Assembly: GCA_002633005.1 (NCBI GenBank)
Contig: NMRA01000625.1
Span: forward strand, 62,001 to 126,000
Direction: 5' to 3'
Length of the DNA stretch: 64,000 bases
Source of the DNA: Phoronis australis
Lineage: Eukaryota > Animalia > Phoronida
The notes beneath the pieces were generated by a model that saw only the letters and a program-made list of their open reading frames with translations, had not been told where the DNA came from and did no database searches. Positions 51,046-64,000 of this stretch are shown piece after piece. The first letter of the stretch is position 1, and every line of letters starts with the position of its first letter. The position numbers and the translations under genes are program-made.

Positions 51046-52720
51046 TCCTACAGCAACTCATGGACATGACTTGTAACTGTTAAATATTCTTAGAGAAGTG
51101 GTCAATAAACATTCTGTGTTAAGAGGACACTTGCAATTAAAAAACGTTTGACTTACTGTTATGCCATGTAAGGACCCACTGATCTTGATAATTCCTAAGT
51201 TAACAAATTGCAAGCTTTACTGCAACATCATGCCTTTTAAAATTGGGGTTAGTACTGTCAACTGTATATAACCTGATTCCAGCATCATAAATCAGTCATT
51301 GCGCACTACTAAACTAGGCTATCAAACTTGCAGGGAAAAACCTACAAAGACCATTTAACAGAAAAACTTGCAATATTGAATGGCTCATAACCCCAGACTC
51401 TCCACATGGGTCACATCTAAGGTTGAGTAACTTCAAGGGTTCCATATTACTTCAAAGAGACCTGCTTAATCCCCACTCCTTCATTGTCCAGCCAAGCATG
51501 TACCCCTAAGTGACCACAGACAAACAGAGTTACAGCATAGAATACTGAATCAACAGCCCTAGGCTTCAATACTCCAGTGAATATGCACAGTTATGATGAC
51601 TAGTTGTACTGCACAAATGACAGAAGGAATTTGATCAACAAGTATAAAATATTTATTGTACTGTTTCAGGTTCTTAAAGCAATGCATTACAGAAAGTTCT
51701 AATTCCATGACGATTAGGAAATGCTCAAAAATCTGTGTTCATATTGTGGAGGTTTGTATGCAAAACTTGACAATCAACAAACTGAGCACGTGCCAAATTT
51801 TCTTGATGAAAAATTACCCAAGACTTTGAACTTGCTCAGTTTTTCAAACTGGATGCAGACGAGTCAAAAAAGGTGCAGCAAAATCCAAACTGGTTATGTC
51901 AAAATGGGTTGTGGAGAACTAAATATCTTTCACACCAACCTTGACGAATGGATGTTTTGGAGTGTCCGCAATGTAAAAGGTTAGCTTTGGCCTTGGATCG
52001 GAGTTAAAATCATCAAACAAGTCCATAGTAAACAGTTGGATTTAACGGACTGAATATCAATGAGGTGAGAAAGATTAACTTTGGTGCTGCTGTCAATAAC
52101 GATGTATGTTGTTTGTGTTTAATATTTTTTCATAGGTGTTGAAAGGTTTTCTTTGCAACATGGCATGACAACCGTCCATACTAAAAAAATTTTGTCATTC
52201 GTTTCAGCTTCGGCTCATGGAGTCAATGAAGAGGACTACTGAAATGATTTCACCAGCAATAGATTAAAATGATTTCAGATGTTTTCTTCAAGTTGTGGTC
52301 ACAATGAGTTTTTAGTCAATATTGAAAATCAACAGTCACATCTTTGTACATTTTGTGAAAACGAACCACAAAATATGACCCAACTTCTCTGAGACTGCAG
52401 AGTGACGAAAATGGTTATTTTCAAAAACATGAAATTTGCTTAATCTTTTGTCAGATTTTTTGAGTAAATTACACTGTTACAAATCAGACATAATTAAATA
52501 AATAAATTGGAAAATAACCTATTTACTGCTGGAGACTCAAAAATATCACTAATTCAATTGTTTTTCTTAAGCAGGAGATAAGACAGTATTTTCAAATGGA
52601 AAATGTCCTTATTTTAGAAACTGTGATTATGAAAAATTTAATAGAATATGATCCTCTTAGGCTACTTTGTTTATTAAATATTAGGTAGTTTTAAATTTTA
52701 TGTTTTGTCCCAAAATGTAT

Positions 52721-52778
52721 GCGTGTGTGTGTGTGTGCGTGTGTGTGTGTGTGTGTGTGCACGNGTGTGTGTGTGTGC
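52721..52778. repeat. (GT)n microsatellite
   Basis: Directly visible; contains one N. Confidence 0.95.
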
Positions 52779-54526
52779 ACGCGTACTGTCAAACAGTTAT
52801 GCTTTACTTCACATGAATTTGTTTTCCGATATGCAACATTGGTTGAATACACGACACCTGTCGCTATTAACAATCTTTATTCTGTTCCGTTGGAAACTCA
52901 ACAGAACATTGGTAAAGCAAATTACCAAGAGACATGATTAAAAGACACACACTATGTCAAAACATACTTGTTTCATTCTCAAGTGTTTGTATGCATTATT
53001 ACTGGCAATAAAAATAATCTGGATATTACTAAAAAAATGATTGGCAACATGACACACTCATAAATATAATATGCATCTTCTTCAACAAAATTGCATCAAA
53101 TGAAGCAAAAAATGACACCTGAAGTAGAACACTGCTGGAATGCATGTACAAACATTTAGATTAAAGAATCACGCCTGGGAAGTGCTCTATTGTGTCATAT
53201 CTTTGTACCAAAGTACCAAATTTTTCGAACTGACATTCCCCTAAAACACATATGAGTGGATCTCAATGGGACACAACCTACAGCATCCTTCAATCCATAC
53301 AATTGCATTCTCATCATGCAGACATGGTTTTCACTTCTTAAAGCTTGGGAGAAAGAAAGCTCTGAGTTTTATGGACCAAATAGACACTTGTTTTTAACAC
53401 TTTTACCAAAGAAACAATAAGAAATTAGCCCACTGAACCAGTGCTAGGGACAGTCTGGTTCAAAGATTTGTGGAGTGTTGGGGAACTAAGGGGATTATCT
53501 CAGGCATACTCACTTATTGGGGCACTGACAGTTTTGACATTGTTCACTAGTATAGGTATGTTGCCTATTGTAACTACAGGTGAACACCTGGTCTGGGGGT
53601 CTAATTAGTGCACACACCTCAGCAGGGGTATTAGCTCAGGTAACAGTGAAGCTGGGGTTGACATCAATAGACATTTTCTAGCAGACATGATGAAATAGGC
53701 ATTGTCACATGACCATAGGGTATTTGGTGGAAGAGCCTTCCATCAGTAGCAGCAGCAAAGGACCACTGACGGAACCACCCTGTGCCCTCCCTCGACACAC
53801 ACCTGAGGTAACCTGCTCAAGGAACACATATGGACAGATAAGGCCTACTTCAGCACAAACAATGTTGTTTTCAGGAATCTGAAGAATCATCGACGGACGA
53901 CCCGGGGAGTGAAAAATTGGCGGTCACAGTTTCAGAGGACACCTCAGCACAACATGTCTATTCACAACCCATTCATTTCAAATCATAGAGGCCAGATAGA
54001 CCAGACAATGACAGAGGAGAGTATTTATTACTGGGGCACCAGTTGTGACACGTGTCATGCACCATGTCACGACGACAGTTGTCGCAGCATACGCCAGACA
54101 TTCCCCAGTTTGCACTGCACATGGTCATAAGTAATCAGTCACTGCTCCGGCAGCTGTACATATCATCTGCAAAGAGATGTGCAAGAGACAGGGCAACACA
54201 CCAAACAACAGTGGTTACCACTATGTCCCGTTCACATGATAACATTGATCCGGAACAAGATTTTTTGGTGCAGTTGTTCAACTCAATTAATTAAGGCATC
54301 TACGCAAATCCCCAGCTGAATGAAAATGTAGTAATGACTGTGATGATGAATCAGTGCTGTAGTGGCACTAAGCAGCATGTCGTCACTACACAGCAGTTGA
54401 CTGACTACCAATAACTGATTCACTTTCTCAACAACTTTTCCGACATGCCCGTTTTCATGGTATCTGAACCTGTTTGTTCCAACTCAAAGACATTATCCAA
54501 ACATAATCAATAAGAATTTAGTCACA

Positions 54527-55124
54527 TTTTTTATCATTACTTGGCGGAATTTTTCCGCCAAGTATTCCGCCAAGTATGTTGCTCTGACAGCAATGGCGGA
54601 CGTGGCGGCCATTTTGTATCCGATTTCACAGTCAAATACTCGTAGAAGCCGCATTTTTCGACCTACATGGCTGAAAATCGGTACGAATATACTAGAACGT
54701 ATGTGCTACAATTGTGCAGCAAATCGTTAACTTCCGGCTAAAGATGGCGGAAATATTGGACGTGGCGCATGCGCACCCCGAAATATGGCTAAAAACGTTT
54801 TTTCCTGTAGAGGGCGCAATTGCAAACCAATCACTTTCAAACTGGTCACGTGTTTGTTGAGTTTAATAAGCTTTTATAAAAAATTATTGAACCGGAAGTC
54901 ACCTTCAAGATGGCGGCTGTGGGGCATGTTCACACGATTTCAATCGCTCTCGTGTCGCATTTTTTATGGGATGAGCAAATGACGTGAATTTTTGCATGTG
55001 GATTCCTTGAAGTATGGCCTTTCAAAAAGTCTGCGAGAGCGTATTTCTCAGACTTACCGTTTTCGAGTTATTTGACTTTGAATTTCAAAAAAAACGGCAA
55101 ATTTTCAATTTTCTCGAAAATTTT
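54527..55124. mobile_element. End of an interspersed repeat with a subterminal hairpin, abutting the assembly gap (Helitron/Helentron-associated type is a guess)
   Basis: T-run followed by the tacttggcggaa-ttt-ttccgccaagta inverted repeat; CpG-rich body unlike its flanks. Confidence 0.4.
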
Positions 55125-55253
55125 NNNNNNNNNNNNNNNNNNNNNNNNNNNNNNNNNNNNNNNNNNNNNNNNNNNNNNNNNNNNNNNNNNNNNNNNNNNN
55201 NNNNNNNNNNNNNNNNNNNNNNNNNNNNNNNNNNNNNNNNNNNNNNNNNNNNN
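55125..55253. other. Assembly gap (N run)
   Basis: About 129 N. Confidence 0.99.
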
Positions 55254-55325
55254 ATGTTGCATTGTGGTACTTATTTTTACTGTCTTGTAACAATGATAGT
55301 GAAGTGCTCAGAGATAGAAAATAAT

Positions 55326-55441
55326 GTTTAAGTATTGCTGTTTAAGTATTGCTGTTTAAGTATTGCTGTTTAAGTATTGCTGTTTAAGTATTGCTGTTTA
55401 AGTATTGCTGTTTAAGTATTGCTGTTTAAGTATTGCTGTTT
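55326..55441. repeat. 14 bp perfect tandem repeat (gtttaagtattgct), ~8 copies
   Basis: Directly visible. Confidence 0.95.
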
Positions 55442-58400
55442 CAGTCAGCAGAAAGGAAGGTTTAGTCGTGAAAACACCACGCGCAATCTGCCCACCGCTT
55501 GCATTTTTGTTCAGGAAGAACTTCGTTCACGGTTTGCTTTTAAAGAAAGATAACATAAATTGTAGGGCAATTCTTTACTATTGCTCACACAGATAATTGC
55601 CTTTCATTTTTCCAAGACTGACTGCCTTTTAGAAAGTAATGACAGCTTAAGCAAATGCTGTTTTTATGACACACATAGACTAAAATGTTCTTAATCTTTA
55701 CTTTTGTAAAGAAGTTTAACGCAAAAGAATTTCACTTGTCCGCCGTATGGTGTGCTAGATGATTGAAGATTTTCTGTATTTGCAACGAGAAAGACATCTG
55801 TGGTAAATCCAAATAGGAACTAAAGTAAGATTCACCAAAAATTGTTCAGCCACAACTTAACTAGGGGGGAAGCTTTATCTGTTTGCAAATGCAAGCATGC
55901 TACTGCAGATATGAAATTCGTTTTCCTTTCAAGAGTCAGGATATTCAATAGAGGCTACATGGTCACCAGCATCTCATTAACAGTCCTTTATTTACAAAAC
56001 ATTTAACGAGAAACATGGGCAATTCAACGTCGCCAATGTTTTTTCCATCAAAATTCAAATAGCTGGACAAAAATGTTTACGCTTCATTGGCTGTGACCAC
56101 CCCAACAATGTCAATTACAGTCGCCTTGCGCTGCATTCATTTTCTGCACCCACGTGACTTCCAGCATTTTGTCTCCGAGAGACAGACAGACTAACAATTT
56201 CCATTCAAGCGAACAGCTGCAAGGACGGCACCACAGACAGGTGAATGTCAAGACCTGTATCATTTCAAATACACAATAAAAATAAAGCAAAACGCATAGA
56301 ATAAATCTAGATAAAAAGTTAAACTCTACTCAACAGTGATGAAGGAGATTTTTTCGCAGTATGTATTGTACATAGACTATAATACAGAAAGAGTGCACGA
56401 AAAGACAAGCCATAAAAAATCGCCATCATCTATAATACTCTCAGCTCTGTGCATTTTGTATTTTTAAATCCATTAATTGAACTTTACTTAGGTTTTCACA
56501 AACCAGATCAATAAAAGAACTTCTGAACAGTCGAACACCTGGATGTGAGACGTTAGTTTACCCCTTTTAAAATAGAATACCATACAGTCACACTCAGTAT
56601 TTGAATAACACACGCGAAGTTTTACAAGTTCCTGTTCGATTTGTTTAACACAGAATTGATTTAGCGCCTTTGAGGTTTGCTTTCTTTTCACTTCAGAATT
56701 GCATTAGGCGAGGACAAAGTGGGTCTAAAAAGTCAGCAAATACAGTTGAAGCTGATGAAACACACCATTACAGCACATCTTTATTCTGCAAATATGGTGG
56801 AGATGTGGAATTTTATCTCACCAAACTCCCACCCAATAAAACGAACGAATACTCAGAAAAAAGCTTTAGTCTGTTGCAGACATACACCATTTAGTACAAA
56901 TTTTATTACTCTATATATCTGGGTAAACGCCATATAAATTAGGAAAGCCAAAAATGAGCGGAAGGGATTTGGCCGAGCATGGGTGTTTAAATGATAATTT
57001 TTGAGAAGTCGGATATGGGCGCTTGTAGGCACTCTGATTTTCCAGGATAAGGGAATAGGAATGGAATTCACTGAATCTGACCTCGTTCACAGAAGTACAG
57101 GTTTCGAATGGAATTCACAAATATCAGTAGTAAATACCACAAATTAATAATTTTGACTTTAATTTACCAAAAATTAAGAATATAGTCGATCAACAATCGT
57201 TTTGCAGTGGACATGTCCACGCTGCGGGTCATTCTTCCTGAAGGTGGCACTGTTCATTTCTCGGTTTTGCGAAACAATGAACATGACGTGCAGCAAGTTA
57301 TCGGTAAAACAGAACAATGGCATGAACAAGCAAAAAAGTTTGGCAATTCCCAGATCACGTTCATGAGAGTCATAACTTTGAAATAGTAAAAAGGAAATTG
57401 CTAGTTTATAAAACTGAAAGAAAGGAATGAAATGTTTGCAAAACGGGTTTCCCTGTTTTAGAATACGGAAAATCCAGGTCCCAACAAGTAGCTGAAAAAT
57501 CAATGCGTTCATGGGAATCCTTTCACCATAAGCCCAAAGAACTATTCCTGCCTTTCTAGGTGAAAAGTGGGAGCTGAAAAATGCCTGGTGCTGCTGAAAC
57601 AGAATGTTTGCTAAGCACTCAAAGGCAAGTTACCAAAATTTAGGGGGCTAAGAATCTTTACAATCAGGTAAAACATCCAGGTTCTTCCAAGCTGAAAATA
57701 TTGCATTTAAAGTCAACCTGTTGGAGCCCACACACACAAGTGTCAGAAGTGACATTACTTGCAAGATATCAAGATTAGCAGCCTATCTTTACTAAATAAA
57801 GAATTGGGTTTGGCTGGAAAATGACCAAGCTGCAGTCACATTCCAAAAGTTTAATAAATCTCAATCCTATCCAATATTTGTTAGTCCCCATCTATGACAA
57901 CCAAGAGTAATTATACATTTGACCAAGAACAGGTGATGTTAGTTGGATTCACCTGCAAACAACAATTGCAGTCACTCCTCCATTACCGGAGGTTACATTG
58001 GCATCTCTTCTCAAAATAAAGGGAAGGGTAAAACTTATTATTTACTCTCAAATAACATGTCAAACCTGTTGCTGGATTGCAACTGGAGGAGACAAACGTA
58101 GCTGATGATATAATATTCAACCTTGGAAAAAATTCATCGACACTTTACTGATGTACTTTTGATGTGCGACTCCTAAGATTTTAATTCCGTATGACTCATA
58201 GATTAATTGGTGTACAAAAGTGGTGTTGGGTACTTGCCCTTATGTTCTTTTGTGTGCAAAGGAGATAATTTTACATTCATATTAGGAATGTACATTTGTT
58301 CAAGATTTTTGTCAATGTTTAGAATCACGGACGATGGACCAATGTAATGCCCCTCTCCAGTTAAACTGACGCCTTGTTTGGAGACACCCTCGGCAGAATG

Positions 58401-61400
58401 GAAGCTCTTATTTCTACAAGGAGTGGTTGCAAAATGCTCAAACAAATTATCAATTATTCTTGCGGAAAGAATTATTTCCTATTGTCAACTTGACGCCAGA
58501 ACGTTTCCAGACAAGGTGGTCGTTTTTTTGCAGTAAACTTGTATTTTATCATAGGGTCCTTAACTACTGAAAGTCTTTATTTGGATTACATTGCTGTCCC
58601 AATACTTGCTGGTTCAGGCCTTAAAGTTCTCAAAAATACAATTACATTTCACACATTCTTATCCTACCAAATACACTACCATTTTCACCTTCACCAAATA
58701 GGGCTTGAAATGTTCCATCCATGGCCCAGTTCAAATTACCTAGCAAATACTCCTCAATTTGCACTCAAATAATGGGAGTGATAATAGGGCTCTCCTTTAC
58801 CCTCCATTACACACTGGGATGGTAATTGGCTCTCATTCACCCACTGTCACTGACTGCCATGAGGTATTGTCACAAGTAATGACAGAGACATTCCAGCACC
58901 TAGACTCCATTATGTCATGCATAGACTGGGCCATAACCTGTTAGGAAAATCTATCAGAGAATTTGACACAGGGAAAATAGCACCATAAGACTTGGTTGAG
59001 TGGTAACAAGGCAAAAAGACAAAAACGAATGCTTTACAAAAAAAGACACTTTGTCTGTGACTTGGAACTTAAGGAGAATATTCACCAATTAGTAAATGCC
59101 AGGCATTTAAATTCCTGGTAACGTTTTCAAAATGAGCAAGAGCAATGCAAACCACTCATGTGCGCTCACTGCGCATTACAAATGATGTGTTCCCAGAGCA
59201 TGTAAAGTACATGTACCACAAGGTGGAGCTACAATAGTCAGAATTGGCAAAAAAAGTGTTGGTTCCTCACCTTTACAGTTTTCAACAAAGAAATAAAAAT
59301 GCCACAACGGGTCACACAGCACTAGGCATGTTCGGCATATAAAGATGGACACAAGAATGACACTAGATTCTCATTAAAAGTGGTTGCTAACACCATCTTG
59401 GAAATCTAACGCAAATATCAAATTTCATTTAAGGACCAGATGGATTGAGATGCACTTGCACCCAAATAAAGACGAAATGTGCAAGGGAAGTAACACAAGT
59501 CCACAGGTGTCTGTACATTCCTGCCCGTTTTCTAGATATTGGCCAAAGTGCTCCTCCCCCAAAATTGCTAAAAAAGCCCCGCCAGGGCCACGACTGAAAA
59601 CAGGCATCCACCCTACAAGCAGACGGAGTGAAGAAATGTAGCCATAAATACGCTCTTATGTGGGCCCATGAAACTAGCTAGAACGAAGATACAGATTTTT
59701 GCCAAGTTTCAACATTCAACATTAAAGGCGTAACTCAATTCTAACATTTTACAAGTGAAAGGTGCAACAATTACCCACACCATCTGCCAAAACACAACTC
59801 TTGATTTTGCCACTTACCATTATAAAATAGTATTCTTTCTTTCCCTTACTAAACTCAGGCATCACTTTTAAGATTATGAAGAACTCCTAGCGTGTTATTG
59901 TTTTAGACAGGAGCTAATTAAGTAGCTTGTTATGACTTGGTCAAGGAAGAGGAAAGGACATCACTCTTTTCCGTGGTCAAGCAAGGACAAACAATTAAAG
60001 TGCCATCCACACACATACTTCACCAAGTTACTCCTTTAATGAGTTTTAGTGCTGGGTTTGATTGCAGTGTGAACGCTATTTAATCTAGCGCAACTTGCCC
60101 CACTTGTGACAACTTATTCCACCTTATCCAGGAGGGGTAACTTGGTCTAGAGTACCTTGCGCACTTCTAATTCCTGTGTGGTCGCAAACCTGGGGCAAGG
60201 CGGAAGTAATTGTCACCTGTGGTTACATACAGATGGGTTGTCTCTTGCATGCCATATTTGACAATAGATGTTCATTGTCACGCGAAGAGCGACAACTTAA
60301 AAAGTGAGGTAAGTTGCACTAGTACTTGTTGTTCTAGGGTAGGCTGTGTGTGGGCGAGACTTAAAAACATGCTTAACGCTCCACTGTACAATTTCAGCAG
60401 CAACTTTTTTAAAAATGGAATGAATTCATTGACAACTTTTTATTGAATTGCCGTTTGATTGAGAAATGGAGACAGTTTGAAACTTTTATTATTCCAAAAT
60501 AACCTGGAATACTCTGTTGGCAATTATGCTGTACAAAATTTCATAGAACTTCAATGGTCTCACCCAGGCTCAAACGTTATCTGCAGGCCTACTGAAGTGC
60601 CACAAATATTGGCAATAGATGGCGACACTTGCCATGTATCATGAGGTCAATCACTGAGCACTTCCAATAATGCCAGCAATGCAAGATAGATCCCTTGCCC
60701 TTTTTGAAATACATGGAAATACTTGGAGACTTGCTTCAGCTTGTCAAACACTAGACACTAGCCACAGTAGTCTCACTAGGGGTCGAAGGGTTCAAAATTC
60801 AGACCAATACAATACTAGACAACACTGAATGAAAAAACTGACCGAGAACATAATACATTATCCAATCCTCTCTCCCAATTTATCAAACAACACTCACCTG
60901 AGATAATACCATGGAGTGAAAATTACTGGTGGCATGGTACATACCAACTCCTTCTATAATATTCCGATCGACTTTAAAAAATTCTGTATAATTTGCAATT
61001 TATTCTATTCTATTTATTTTCACATAAAACTGTTTGGTATACAATGCATTTTAATGAAGGAGTAAGGAGAGACACTGACGGAGATACCCGCACTAAATAA
61101 ATCTAGTGTTCTCTACAAACTGTTTTAAATCGTCACAGTAATGATTTTGAACGTTTCCAAATAAGTGAATACTGTAAAAAAATGAGAATATATATTGCGC
61201 TAAACCGACTACGTCCTCCTGGTGGAGAGGAGTGAGGCTAGGACCAAACCATCCATAGTCTCAAGTCTTTACAAACAAGTAAAGAAATATGGTAATCCTT
61301 ACAAAACCCCAGGGAGCAGATATGATGTAATATGGAGAGTTGACTAACATCCAAGAGACAAAGTAAACTCCTTCAAGAGTAGCTATTTGGCATTAGCAAA

Positions 61401-62371
61401 GACCCCCCAGCTGTTTAGTTATGGTAAATCTGTAACAAAAACAGATTAGTCAGAACAATGCACACACATCATCTTACAGCCTACAGCTCATTACACTAAG
61501 CTAAAGCAAGAGAAATTATCACCTTTGGACACTTGGGTTAAGAATGTACATTATATTGCTTATTGCTTGTCAATCAACCACATCAAAAGTTGTTTTTAAC
61601 AAGTACTAAAAATTCATTATTCAAAATGACCATTTCAAAGATGATATCATGGCCTTACATAGGGGTGAACAATGGATGTTTCAACAGTTATGCTAAACCA
61701 AAAAGCCCAACAGCACACATGAATCCACTGACAATGGAGTATAGTCACTCCACCTATTGGCAGCAAAACTAAATACAGCAACTGAAACTTGCCCACTGGC
61801 AATGGTCCAAAAATGAGCCATAAAAGACAATACCCTAAAGATGACATTGAAGTTGTTTATAGCTAACAATGGCCAAAATATTGTCCAGCAGAATTACACT
61901 AGCTAGTAAACATCATCCAATCCAACATTACAGGCAACTCACAGCAACACAACACCAACAAGCAAAATATAGTTCTGTTAAAGCTGTCCAAAACCGTGTT
62001 TTTAAATGTATGTAGTGTTTTAAAAGCACTTCAGATCTACTATAGAAACAAGCAAACAGAATTTCACTTGACCACCATATTGTGTCGTGTTTTTACAATA
62101 TCTTTGGGAAGTAAAGTCATTTTCAACAAAGCTTTGCCATATTCAGGTGAGAAAACGACCACTTCTTACTCAAACGGTTTCACTGGCTCATGTGCATTCT
62201 AATAGTACTGAACGTGAGTCCAAAAATTGGTGAAGGCATTTACGTGAGTGAATAGAGCATTAAGGTAAACATCCATCCCTGATTATGTTTTAACACCTAT
62301 TTGATGCCAAGGCTGATTGTTTAATTTCCCAATCTATAGGGTTGATGCGTCAATGCTTTGGGGAGTTGCAG

Positions 62372-62895
62372 TCAGTATGAATGGTTAACTCCGGTCCTGG
62401 ATCGCAGTTAACAGCTCCAGTTAACATCGCAGTTAACAGGTGGATTTAATAGCGCAGCGTTGACGCTTCAGTGCAGTATGAACGCTTAACTCCTGTCCTG
62501 GATCGCAGTTAACAGCTCCAGTTAACATCGCAGTTAACAGGTGGATTTAATAGCGCAGCGTTGACGCTTCAGTGCAGTATGAACGCTTAACTCCTGTCCT
62601 GGATCGCAGTTAACAGCTCCAGTTAACATCGCAGTTAACAGGTGGATTTAATAGCGCAGCGTTGACGCTTCAGTGCAGTATGAACGCTTAACTCCTGTCC
62701 TGGATCGCAGTTAACAGCTCCAGTTAACATCGCAGTTAACAGGTGGATTTAATAGCGCAGCGTTGACGCTTCAGTGCAGTATGAACGCTTAACTCCTGTC
62801 CTGGATCGCAGTTAACAGCTCCAGTTAACATCGCAGTTAACAGGTGGATTTAATAGCGCAGCGTTGACGCTTCAGTGCAGTATGAACGCTTAACT
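62372..62895. repeat. 101 bp tandem repeat, ~5 essentially identical copies
   Basis: The unit starts at 62401, 62502, 62603, 62704 and 62805. Confidence 0.97.
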
Positions 62896-64000
62896 TCCGA
62901 CCAATCGATGTTATCGCCAGGGTGCCACTGTTATCGTCAACAGTTACAGGGTAGTGCAGTCACCAATAGCTACTTATATTTTGCTCTAATAATGACCAAT
63001 CGATTTAAAAACAAGTTTAATGTCACTTAGCACATGTAAATGTTTCCATATTGAAACATCGAAAAACATCTTAGCATGCAGCGCTACCTTGCGATAACTT
63101 CGATGACGACAGCGGCACCAACCGCTTACTTTGATGTTCATTAACTACTGAAACCAGTATGAATGATCCAGCTAACTGCGCTGTTTACGTCGACGCTCCG
63201 CTCAGACAGTATGAAAGGGCCTTATGTGTCTAGATGAGTATAGAAATTGGGAGTCAGTTGCTTAAATTGTATACATATTCAATGTTAATCTTCAACAAGA
63301 CTGTGTAACCCAGGGAAAGGCAAACACAAACACAAACTCAGTTGTAATAATGTAACTGCATAAAAACACACAATACCTGTCAATGTCCATTCCTCTATTA
63401 ATTTTGANGACATAATCAAACTGTGCTCATCCTTGAAATTCAATCTTTATTCAAATGGCAGCAGTGTATCCTACCAGTAGTCAAATGAACTAATTCTAAA
63501 GTGATCTGCTTCACTTTTGCCCTGCAGCCATCCAGTGTGGCTGGGGAAGAATGAACCAAAATAGCCCAGCTTGTTATCAAATTAAACATCAGCTGACCAC
63601 AAAATGGACTTCCATTAACAATGTTCTTTTATTGGAACCACTGATTCATTTCCTAGAGATTTTTCACAGATTACTGGACACTGGCAAAACAGACCCTCAA
63701 CCTCTTAAATAGCTGTGTTGAGTTGTGTTACTACATGAAAGTATACTATTTTATTTAAAAATCATTAGAACTTAAAATCAGGTGGCGATACATGAGTTGA
63801 GTGACCCAAGAACTGCAAAACAGCATGTCGAAGAAAAAAACAACACTTTGTGAATCCACTAAAGAATAGATTAGCGAAGAGACAATTTATTGCCATTCTT
63901 TTTTTCTTCTGAAAATACTGTACTTGGTAACATGTGGAGATAACTCTAATCAGCTTTCCCTAAAAACCTTCGTGTTGGCTCATGAAGTACATAAATCAGC

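Noticed and set aside
50792-51069. Cys-rich GATCP/GATCQ ORF and its antisense ORF
   Set aside because: Translation of a 15 bp minisatellite; no splice or homology support
55014-55331. ORFs spanning the N run
   Set aside because: Artefacts of the assembly gap
46870-58900. Several possible SINE heads, cores and tails (~46900, ~47350, ~49400, ~53600-53850, ~58800)
   Set aside because: Too degenerate to assign boundaries or family without a repeat library
62372-62895. CRISPR-like array
   Set aside because: Units are identical end to end with no unique spacers, there are no cas genes, and the context is eukaryotic

Overview
This is AT-rich (~62% by eye) eukaryotic DNA with spliceosomal introns, most likely from a marine invertebrate; the organism is an inference only. 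Three spliced genes can be rebuilt by hand with phase-consistent GT-AG junctions. (A) A minus-strand gene (17416 to ~1064 or beyond) encodes an uncharacterised secreted, beta-rich protein of >500 aa with a signal peptide and an RVRR/S furin site. (B) A plus-strand gene (~28843-35500) encodes an LDLRAD-like membrane protein with 2 LDLa repeats, a TM helix and 2 PPxY motifs. (C) A minus-strand Ajuba/LIMD1/WTIP-family LIM gene (44630 to 38403) has its 5' exon(s) outside the window and an unusual long Pro-rich C-tail. Intron 5 of gene A holds a nested pair of non-LTR retrotransposons: an RNase H-containing I/Ingi-type LINE split by an opposite-strand CR1/L2-group LINE. Also present are further LINE scraps, a possible KolobokP-type transposon relic, MITEs, minisatellites, a tRNA-like element flanked by inverted repeats, and an assembly gap. 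There are no prokaryotic systems, CRISPR arrays or rRNA genes. All coordinates and counts were made by eye.
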